Positions 1 to 12,430 of a stretch of 60,650 nt of DNA are shown piece by piece; position 1 is the stretch's first letter, and the number at the start of each line of letters is the position of its first letter. The stretch is taken from contig CAXHJY010000474.1 of assembly GCA_964016885.1 (NCBI GenBank), positions 1-60,650 on the forward strand, read 5' to 3'. The notes beneath the pieces were generated by a model. That model made no database searches. It was not told the DNA's origin and saw nothing but the letters and a program-made list of their open reading frames with translations. Both the position numbers and the translations under genes were made by a program. The stretch comes from Eledone cirrhosa (Eukaryota).

Positions 1-40
1 CTGGGTATTTGCTGGCCATGTGCCAATAGTAGAAACAATT
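1..40 (+). mobile_element. 3' end of Deu/Nin-type tRNA SINE (cut by window edge)
   Basis: gctggccatgtgccaatagtagaaacaatt matches the 3' end of the SINE at 22451-22646. Confidence 0.65.
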
Positions 41-160
41 ATCTCATTTATTTGGACTGGATGTTATGGTACCAACTTTACAGAGAGAGGGTGGTGTTGG
101 TGGGAGTGGGAGGGATAGGGTAGGGGTAGTGGATTGTGGTGTATATTTGGTTAAGAGGTG
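41..160 (-). mobile_element. RTE LINE 3' UTR fragment
   Basis: Reverse complement of the RTE 3' UTR at about 4565-4682. Confidence 0.7.
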
Positions 161-169
161 TATATATAT

Positions 170-2400
<2,231 letters not shown>

Positions 2401-2464
2401 ACATATATATATATATACACACACTCACACACACACTCACACACATATATATATTTATATATAC

Positions 2465-2496
<32 letters not shown>

Positions 2497-2564
2497 GATA
2501 TGTCCCAAGGCTCTGATACCATCAACACTATAAACACAGAGCTGGCATATCTAAGAACTGACTA

Positions 2565-2620
2565 ACTGCCTGATGAGGTCATAGCCATTCAATGGCTATC
2601 ATCGAAATATATATAGCAGT
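2565..2620 (+). ncRNA. Type I hammerhead ribozyme (minimal, PLE-like)
   Basis: Stem I actgc/gcagt; CUGAUGA 2570-2576; stem II atagccatt/aatggctat; GAAA 2604-2607; palindromic UAUAUA stem III; AUA cleavage triplet ending 2615. Confidence 0.85.
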
Positions 2621-2661
2621 AAATAAAGGATTATGAGTTCATGCAATTGACTTATGTTTCG

Positions 2662-2706
<45 letters not shown>

Positions 2707-2822
2707 ACCTATATATATGAAATACTGTGTGTTTCTTGCTCATAATAATTTCTATATTTTTCATTTATATATATATATATATTTTTCCGGGTATGTCAAT
2801 ATTTATTTATAAAACAAATCTG

Positions 2823-2888
2823 TATTTTATCTGATGAAAGCGCACCATAATTTATCTAGGTCGCCTTTGAAATATATATAATAAAATA
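2823..2888 (+). ncRNA. Type I hammerhead ribozyme (second family)
   Basis: 8-bp stem I tattttat/ataaaata; CUGAUGA 2831-2837; imperfect stem II aagcgcacc/ggtcgccttt; GAAA 2869-2872; UAUAUA stem III; AUA site. Confidence 0.8.
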
Positions 2889-3033
2889 ATTATGGTTTTA
2901 TAAATATAGTTTCCATTTATTAATATATTGTTTATTAACATATTGTATATTTACTCCACTAATTGTTGAGTGCTTTATATCAGTTATAAAAATGTTTAAG
3001 CTTGTTGAATCCCAACAAATTAAATATAACCTC

Positions 3034-3085
<52 letters not shown>

Positions 3086-3329
3086 TTTTCATGGAGAAAA
3101 TAGACATTTGTAAGGTTTTACCATCACAGTAAACACTGTGGAAGAATGTTTGTGATTTTGTGCATATTTTTGTGGTTGTTTGGTGTGTGTTTGTTTCTTT
3201 GTATGTGTGTGTATGTGCTTGTTTGTTTGTGTGTTTGTGTTTGTGTATATGTTGTGAGTCTTGAAGCAATGCTTGTATATTGCCTGTATAGCCGCAAGGA
3301 TCTATCAATCAAGTTTGACAACTTCATCG

Positions 3330-3341
3330 TTTATATGTATG

Positions 3342-3433
<92 letters not shown>

Positions 3434-3520
3434 CATATATACACATATATATATATACATATATATACATATATATACATACATCTATACACATATATAT
3501 ATATACATATATATACATAT

Positions 3521-3602
<82 letters not shown>

Positions 3603-3770
3603 GTATATATATATATGTGTATTATATATTCACACACATATATATATATATATTTATGTATATATATATGTGTATTATATATTCACACACATATATATAT
3701 TTATGTATATTATATATGAATATATATATCATATATATACACACATATATATATATATATATATATATCC
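3330..3770. repeat. (TA)n/(TACA)n compound microsatellite
   Basis: Directly visible; source of the YIYI pseudo-ORFs. Confidence 0.95.
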
Positions 3771-4446
3771 ATGTATGTGTGTGACTACAAGAAGTGCAGC
3801 AGCTTTACACGGCCATATGGGAGTAAGTGAGCAGGTAAGAGATGTGGGGAAGATGGGGATGAAGGTAGGGTGGAGGGATGGGGTGAAGGTGAGGTGGGTG
3901 GAGATATGGGAGAAGGGAAAGAGAAAGAAATGGATGAGGAAAAATAGGAAGAAAAGAGAGAGACAGACAGAAAAAAAGGGGCAGATATAGTGTATATATA
4001 CTATATATATACACTATATATATACACAATATATACATTATATACACACAATATATGTATTATACACCATATATACACTATATATACACCATATATATGC
4101 ACTGTATATAGAGAGTATAACATTATATATAGTTTATATATAGTGTATATAGTGTATATAATATATATAGTGTGTATATATTGTATATAAACTATATATA
4201 TATAGTAGAGAATACAGGTGTGTTTATATAGTATATATATATAATGTATGGGTAATATACACTGGATGTTGAAAGGTGATGATAATGTTGATATAGATTA
4301 TATACACTCACTGAATATACACTATATATTCATATATACACAGTATATGCACAATATATATATACAGTATATACACAATATATATACACTATATATACAC
4401 AATATTCACACTATATACATACATTATATATACACTATACTTACAT

Positions 4447-4961
4447 ACCTTACACACTTACACCTCTCTAAGACAATGTCACTGGACCAAGATCTTTGGC
4501 GCTACGCAGTAATACAGAAGACCCGCCTTGCCTATGTACAAAGCGAAACCTACAGTCAGTAGGCACCTCTTAACCAAATGTACACCCCAATCCACTACCC
4601 CTACCCTATCCTCCCACTCCTACCAACACCACCCTCTCTCTGTAAAGTTGGTACCACAACATCCAGTCCAAATAAATGAGATAACGAGATCGAGATCGAG
4701 ATCGAGATTGTGTAGGTGTCATGACATAAAAACACACAGTCCATGCTGTAATGTGGCCATGTAGGTAATACAGTAAAAAGTTCTCACTTCCACACTGTAA
4801 ATGTGGTTGGTGTTAGGAAGGGCATCCAGCCATAGAAAACCTGCCAGATAGTCCTATATGAGCGAGACATGGTCACCCGGCCAACCTTGCCTCAAGTGGG
4901 ACAACTCCCATCTAACCCATGGTAGCGTGGAAGATGGACGTTAAATGAAGATGATGATGAT
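4447..4961 (+). mobile_element. RTE LINE 3' fragment (subfamily A-like)
   Basis: LTHLHLSKTMSLDQDLWRYAVIQKTRLA C-terminus, 3' UTR and (GAT)n tail. Confidence 0.85.
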
Positions 4962-5048
4962 ATACATAAATGATATATATACTATATATATTATATATAC
5001 ACTAAATATACAATATATATACTATGTATACTATATACACTATATATA

Positions 5049-6289
5049 CATAGCTGAATCTATGGTAGAACTAGAGAAGAAATTCCAAACTTGGAAGCAG
5101 GGACTAGAAAGAAAAGGTCTCAAAGTCAACATGACAAAGACTAAGGTCCTTGTAAGTAGACGAGAAAACAGAACCCAGATCCCCTCAGGGAAATGGCCTT
5201 GCTCAGTATGTAGGAAAGGTGTATGTAGGAACTCCATTCTCTGCTCCAAATGCAAACAATGGGTACACAAGAGATGTAGTGGGATCTCAGGAAGTTTAAC
5301 TAAGAATGTAGGCTTCATATATAGCAGCTGCGCTAGGACACCAAGCAGCAAACAGCCACAGGAAACAAGTACCACCAATCTCTGGGAGGGCTCTGTAGAA
5401 ACAGTAGACAGCTTCTGCTACCTAGGTGACCGAATTAGCAGCGGAGGTGGGTGTTCAGAAAGTACAATAACTAGGGTAAGAACGGGATGGAAGAAGTTCA
5501 GGGAACTACTGCCACTGCTAGCTGCAAAAGGCTTCTCCCTCAAAATGAAAGGCAGACTGTATGATGCGTGTATCTGAACAGCAATGTTACATGGTAGTGA
5601 GACCTGGGCGCTGAAGGTGGAAGACTTACGTAGATTAGAGAGAAACGAAGCCTGCATGCTCCGATGGATGTGTAACAGTAATATACGCGAACGACAAAGC
5701 ATAAATGAATTGAGAGAGAGACTGAGCATAAGAGGAATCAAATGCTGTGTGCAGGAGAGGCGGTTGCGTTGGTATGGACATGTGATGCGTATGAAGGATG
5801 ACAGCTGCATAAAAAGGTGCAGAGCACTAGAAGTTGATGAAAACCGCGGAGTGGGGAGACCCAAGAAGACCTGGGATGATGTGATAAAAGCTGACCTTAC
5901 CCAATTACACCTCTCAAAGGTGATGACACACGACCGTGACCTCTGGCGTCACGCAGTAATACAGAGTACCCGACCTCCCATGGGTACAAGCTGAAGCATA
6001 TAGACAATATGCCCCACACCCTCCCACTGCAAGGTGGTCATGGAGGTGCCACGGCAAAAAAGCACCCGGCTCACACTGTAAAGTGGACATGTAGGCGCCA
6101 CGGAAAAAGCACCCAGCACTCACTGTAAACGAGGTTGGTGTTAGGAAGGGCATCCAGCTGTAGAAATCAAGCCAAAATCAGTTCCTGTATGAGCAAGGCA
6201 TGGTCAGCCGACCAGACACTGCCCACAACAGGACAACCCGTCTAACCCATGCTAGCGTGGAAGAACGGACGTAAAACGGTGATGATGAT
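5049..6289 (+). mobile_element. 5'-truncated RTE LINE, subfamily B
   Basis: ORFs 5049-5577 and 5584-5994 nearly identical to the 13853-15852 region; (GAT)n tail. Confidence 0.92.
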
Positions 6290-6880
6290 ACATAATATAT
6301 ACACTATACATTATATATACACTATATATGCACTATATGTACATTCTGTATATACACTATATATATGTACTATATACATTATATATACACTATATATATA
6401 TATATATATATGTACATATATATAGAGTATATATATGCTCTATATACACATTATATATATACATCATATATACACTAGATATACATTATATAGTGTATAT
6501 ATAATGGAAGATAGACGTTAATTGATGATGATGATATATAGTGTATATAAAGTGTACATGGTGTATATATAGTGTAGATGGTGTATATATAGTGCATATA
6601 ATATGTATATGGAGTATATATAGTCAATGTACTGTATTTATTGCGTTTATATATTGTGTATAAATTGTGTATATGTAATGTATATATAGTGTATATACCA
6701 TATATGTAGTGTATATATGGTGTATATATAGTGTATATATATAGTGCATATAATGTATAGATTGTGTATATGGTGTATATAGTGTGTATATAGTGTATAT
6801 ATGGTGTATATATAGTGCATATGATGTATATATAGTGTATATGTACTGCATATATATAGTGTATATATACACTGGACACG

Positions 6881-7326
6881 GTCACTGGACCGAGATCTTT
6901 GGTGCTTCACAGTAATACAAAAGACCCGCCTTGCCTAAGTACAAAGCGAAACCTACAGTCAGTAGACACCTCTAACAAAAATACACCCTGTCCCACTACC
7001 CCCACCCCATCCACATCACCCCCTTCAATGTGAAGTTATGTTGGTACCACAACATCCAGTCCGAAACAAATGAGGTCGTGTAGGTGTCACGACAAAAAAA
7101 CAGAGTCCACGCTGTAATGTGGCCGTGTAGGTAACACGGTAAAAACCTCCCAGTCCACACTGTAGACGTAGTTGGTGTTAGGAAGAGCATCCAGCCGTAG
7201 AAAACCCGCCAGACAGTCCTATACGAGCAAGACAACCAATCTTGCCTCAAGTGGGAAAACTCCCATCCAAACCCATGCAAGCATGGAAGATGGACGTTAA
7301 ACGATGATGATGATGATGATGATGAT
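6881..7326 (+). mobile_element. RTE LINE 3' fragment, subfamily A
   Basis: 3' UTR matches the reverse complement of 265-720; (GAT)n tail. Confidence 0.88.
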
Positions 7327-7364
7327 AGCATATATATAGTGTATATATAGCATATATATATATA

Positions 7365-7410
<46 letters not shown>

Positions 7411-7411
<1 letters not shown>

Positions 7412-8262
7412 TAGCAGCTGAGCCCGGTTGCACCAGGGGCCACTTTTTATTAAGTTAATAATTTGAAAAATATTATTGAATGTTTATTATAAAGAAGCAG
7501 TTTCAGAAAAAAAAAAATAGAAATATGCACTTGGGGCTGGACGGCGTACAATGAGAAGTGGAGCGACGTGAAAAGCGTTGTTTATTAACAGCGAAATAGC
7601 AATGTCGATGATATGCAATTTGAAAAATACTACTTACTATTAGTGGTGGTTAACATGTATTAGAATTAAAATAAAAACACGCGTCCCTTCTTCGCAATTT
7701 AAGGGTTTTATTTCTTTTGATGGAAAACAGTGACCGTACTGCAGAATCGATTTCATAAAACGGTACTGTGAAAATGAAACGTACTGTAGAAGGCAACAGT
7801 TTATTAATCTGCATTTTCAAACTTGCATATCATCGACATTGTTATTTTGCTGTTAATAAACAACGCTTTTCACGTCGCTCCACTTCTCATTGTACGTTGT
7901 CCAGCCCCAAGTGCATATTTCTATTTTTTTTCCTGAAACTGCTTCTTTATAATAAACTTTCAATAATATTTTTCAAATTATTGGTACTGTATGTTCACAG
8001 CGAAAGAACGTGAAATTGTAAATAACTCATCCAAGTATTAGAACAGGAGGAAATAACTCACCGAATGCGATAGTAAATAGACCGTTTGGGGGCCACAGGG
8101 ACCCCATTTTTCAAGTTAGAGATTTGAAACCTCGTCTATTTGCTTCCTTGGCACTTTTTACATAGGTGTGTAAATTTTCATGTCCGTCCGACCACGTCTA
8201 CTACCATTTAACCGTGCACATCTGAATTTCAACCACCACCCGTTTCACAAATATATATTAGA
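7411..8262 (-). mobile_element. Non-autonomous Helitron
   Basis: Minus strand begins TCtaatatatat at 8262 and ends with a GC-rich subterminal hairpin plus CTAG at 7411, followed by T. Confidence 0.7.
7457..7982. repeat. Inverted repeat, arms about 7457-7630 and 7811-7982, inside the Helitron
   Basis: aataatttgaaaaatattattgaa...gcacttggggctggac is the reverse complement of gtccagccccaagtgc...caataatatttttcaaattatt. Confidence 0.9.
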
Positions 8263-9358
8263 CTAGCAGAGGTACCCGGCGTTGCTCGGCTATTAAATAG
8301 CAATTGTGTATACCATTTATGTCAATACTTCAGTGCTGCTTCGAAAACTATACTTTTACAAAATCATCAGCTTTTTCCAAAAGGGGGTTCCTGCCCCAAG
8401 GGGTTCCCTACCCAATATGTGCCAATTTCACATTCATCTGTAGGACAAACGTTACCCATGTGTCAAGTTTTGTGAAAATCGGTTGCGAACTCCAGAAGTT
8501 ATGACGTTTTGTTGCATTGCACTGCAGTGCTTCAGTCGACTCCAAGGAAGTGGTTAAAGGGGTTATCTGCCGGGGGGGGGGGGCCTATAATCAATATCTG
8601 GAAAGATGACAGTGCCCATGACCATCCGGAATACATAAGTAACCTATGACTTAAGTTTGGTGAAAATACTGTAGAAATGCAAAAGTTTTATACATACGCG
8701 CGTGCGTTCGTGTGTGTGCGTGCGCACGCACGCGCGCGCGTGTGTGTGTGTGTGGGGGGGGGGGGTGTATATGTATTTGTGTGTGCGTATGTATGTGTAC
8801 GTCCGTCGGGGCATACGTATGCACTGGCCTAAATCTTCACTATTTACTTTTACTATTTTAATAACCTCTGTCATTTTCGTTTTCAATTTTATTGACATCA
8901 TTCTTAAACTCCGGGGCTGGAAATCATTCTGTTATTTTAAATAGAATATTAGTCTAACGAATCCATTTATACCATAAACTTGGTCTTGTCTTTGCATGAA
9001 ATTGTTCTTCATGCTCCACATAACGACGTATTATCCTCGCTTTTTCCCCGTTCATTGCCAGGGAACGTCTTCACGAACAAAAATATCGTCTTTCTGTTTT
9101 CGTTCGGTTGCAATGTTTCTCGAAATAATTACTTCTGCGTTCACAGATTACTCTCAGTTCAATTTGAATGGGAAATTCCTATTTCATCGATTTTCTCCGT
9201 AACCATGGAAGATTGTAGCTTGAAAGTCGACCCAACGTCTCCTCGGGTCATTCTGCATAACTGTGTAAATTTTCGCTGCATTCCACCAAGCCGTTTCGAC
9301 GTTTATTCGACTACACTTACAAATACAACGTCCGACCACTTCCAATTTATATAGTAGA
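8263..9358 (-). mobile_element. Non-autonomous Helitron (second family)
   Basis: 5' TCtactatataaa at 9358 preceded by A; 3' ccgagcaacgccggg hairpin then CTAG at 8263; internal microsatellite and aagtttgtgaaaatcgg-type core blocks. Confidence 0.75.
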
Positions 9359-9467
9359 TTTGTTTATATATGAATGACAAAAAGAAAAGTACAAAACTAT
9401 ACATGAATTGTTTCTTCTAAACCTTCAATTTAAGACACAACCTACATATTTGATAGGACTCCAGCTC

Positions 9468-9469
<2 letters not shown>

Positions 9470-9498
<29 letters not shown>

Positions 9499-9650
9499 CT
9501 TCTTCTTCTTCTTCTTCTTCTTTTGCTCCCCCTGGAACATTGGACTGCGAGCCACCCCCACACAACGCCATGTTCTGAGACTGCTTTTCAACTCCACCGT
9601 GATGCACGGTGCGTCATGGTGTATCTAACCATTCTTTTAGGTCTTACTAC
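9470..9650 (-). mobile_element. Old LINE (RTE-like) 3' end with (GAA)n tail
   Basis: Minus strand aagacctaaaagaatgg...caatgttccagggggagcaaaa(gaa)n resembles RTE termini. Confidence 0.4.
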
Positions 9651-9966
9651 GGCTGATTTCTTTCAGAGAGAAAGAAAGAAATGGAAAAATGCAGAGAAGA
9701 TTCATCCCCGGAGGAATAATAAAAAATGTTTACACTGCACATTTCATTCTTTCAAAGCTAAAGTTGCCGATCCAAAATCAGTAATACAACTCCTTGAAAA
9801 CTTTCAAATATATGCTGTTCTAGCATAAATATTATGCTAAGGATAAGCTGTCCACAAAGTAAGATTTACTTGCATATTCCCGCTCATATAAACACATAAA
9901 TACATGCATACATACATTACAGTTGATATTTTTTTTTATTAAAGCGTTTTCATATTATATATATAT

Positions 9967-10017
9967 AGTGACAAAACATAAGTCAATTGCATGAACTCAT
10001 AATCCTTTATTTACTGC
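9967..10017 (-). mobile_element. Solo 3' tail of the HHR element at 2495-2668
   Basis: Reverse complement of 2616-2666 (gcagtaaataaaggattatgagttcatgcaattgacttatgttt..gtcact), ending in (TA)n. Confidence 0.85.
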
Positions 10018-10028
10018 TTTATTTGTAT

Positions 10029-10266
10029 GAAATTGTAAATAAGACAAAAGTATTAGAACAGGGGGAAATAACTCACCGAACGCGATAGTTTTGGGGCCCC
10101 AGGGACCACATTTTTCAAGTTAGAGATTTGAAATCTCATCTATTTGCTTCCTTGGCACTTTTTACATAGGTGTGTAAATTTTCATGTCCGTCTGACGACA
10201 TCTACTACCATTTAACCGTGGACATCTGAATTTCAACCACCACCCATTTCACAAATATATATTAGA
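10029..10266 (-). mobile_element. 5' fragment of the Helitron at 7411-8262
   Basis: Direct repeat of about 8012-8262, ending at the same TCtaatatat terminus. Confidence 0.8.
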
Positions 10267-11781
10267 TCATCATCATCATCATCATCACCGTTTTACGTCC
10301 GTTCTTCCACGCTAGCATGGGTTAGACGGGTTGTCCTGTTGTGGGCAGTGTCTGGTCGGCTGACCATGCCTTGCTCATACAGGAACTGATCTGGCTTGAT
10401 TTCTACAGCTGGATGCCCTTCCTAACACCAACCTCATTTACAGTGAGTGCTGGGTGCTTTTTCGTGGCGCCTACACGTCCACTTTACAGTGTGGGCTGGG
10501 TGCTTTTTTGCCGTGGCACCTCCACGACCACCTTGCGGTGGGGGGGGGGGGCATATTGTTTATATGCTTCAGCATGTACCCATGGGAGGTCGGGTACCCT
10601 GTATTACTGCGTGACGCCAGAAGTCACGGTCGTGTGTCATTGACTTTGAGAGGTGTAGTTGGGTAAGGTCGGCTTTTATCACCTCATCCCAAGTCATCTT
10701 GGGTCTCCCCACTCCGCGGTTTCCATCAACTTCTAGTGCTCTGCACCTTTTTATGCAGCTGTCATCCTTCATACGCATCACATGTCCATACCAGCGTAAC
10801 CGCCTCTCCTGCACGCAGCATTTGATTCCTCTTATGCTCAGTCTCTCTCTCAATTCATTTATGCTTTGTCGTTCACGTATATTACTGTTACACATCCATC
10901 GGAGCATGCAGGCTTCGTTTCTCTCTAATCTACGTAAGTCTTCCACCTTCAGCGCCCAGGTCTCACTACCATGCAACATCGCTGTTCGGATACACGCATC
11001 ATACAGTCTGCCTTTCATTCTGAGGGAGAAGCCTTTTGCAGCTAGCAGTGGTAGTAGTTCCCTAAACTTCTTCCATCCCGTTCTTACCCTAGTTATTGTA
11101 CTTTCTGAGCACCCACCTCCGTTGCTAATTCGGTCACCTAGGTAGCAGAAGCTGTCTACTGTTTCTACAGGGCCCTCCCAGAGATTGGTGGTACTTGTTT
11201 CCTGTGGCTGTTTGCTTGCTGTTTCAGCACAGCTGCTGCATGTGAATCCTACATTCTTAATTAAGCTTCCTGAGATCCCGCTACATCTCTTGTGTACCCA
11301 TTGTTTGCATTTGGGGCAAAGAATGGAGTTCCTACCTACACCTTTCCTACATACTGAGCAAGGCCATTTCCCTGAGGGGATCTGGGTTCTGTTTTCTCGT
11401 CTACTTATAAGGACCTTAGTCTTTGTCATGTTGACTTTGAGGCCCTTTCTCTCTAGTCCCTGCTTCCAGGTTTGGAATTTATTCTCTAGTTCTACCATAG
11501 ATTCAGCTATGAGTGCGAGGTCATCAGCATACAGGAGTTCCCATGGGCATCCGGTCTTAAACTCCTCCGTTATTGCCTGCAGGACTATGATGAACAGGAG
11601 AGGGCTAAGAACAGAGCCCTGGTGGACCCCAACCTGTACGCTAAATTCCTCGCTATACTCATTGCCAATCCTAACTTTGCTGACTGCTCCCCTATACATG
11701 GCTTGTACCGCTTTCACAAGCCATTCATCCACTCCTAGTTTTCTAAGAGCCCACCAGATTACTGCACGTGGAACTCTGTCA
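10267..11781 (-). mobile_element. 5'-truncated RTE LINE, subfamily B
   Basis: Uninterrupted 387-aa ORF 10569-11732 (YADD, zinc finger, RLRWYGHV); (CAT)n tail. Confidence 0.95.
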
Positions 11782-12006
11782 ATATATTAGATATATATAT
11801 ATATATTTATAGTGACATATAGTGTATACATTGTGTACATAACATATAGTTTAATATATATAGTATATATGCATTATATATAGTGTATATGTAGTGTATA
11901 TATATATAGTGTATACAGTATATATATGGCAATATAGTGTATATAGCATATATATGGCTTTTATATAGTGTATATAGTATATACACTAAGCCATGCGCCT
12001 TCACAA

Positions 12007-12335
12007 GGCGCATGGGTTAGTGGTTAGAGCATTGGGTTTGTAATTGAGAGGTTGTGAGTTCAATTCTCAGACCGGGTGATGTGTTGTGTCCTTGAGCAAG
12101 ACTCTTTATTTCATGTTGCTCCAGTTTACTCAGCTGTAGAAATGAGTTGTGACATCACTGGTGCCAAGCTGTATTGGCCATTGTCCTACCCTTGAACAAC
12201 ATCTGTTGCATGGAGAGGGGAGACTGGTATGCATGGGTGACTGCTGGTCTTCCACAAACACACTTTGCCCAGGTTTGTGCCTTGGAAGGAAACTTTCTAG
12301 GTGCAAAACCATGGTCATTCGTGACTGAGTGGGGC
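12007..12335 (+). mobile_element. tRNA-derived CORE-type SINE
   Basis: A-box-like tgggttagtggttagagc, B-box-like gagttcaattctc, CORE-like gtgtccttgagcaagac...ctcagctgtagaaatg. Confidence 0.8.
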
Positions 12336-12430
12336 CATATAGTGTATATATAATGTATAGATGGTGTATATATGGTGTATATATGGTGTATATGTAGTGC
12401 AAATATACTGTGTATATATTGCGTATATAT

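Noticed and set aside
12007-12080. tRNA gene
   Set aside because: A/B boxes run directly into a SINE body present in several copies; no complete cloverleaf evident
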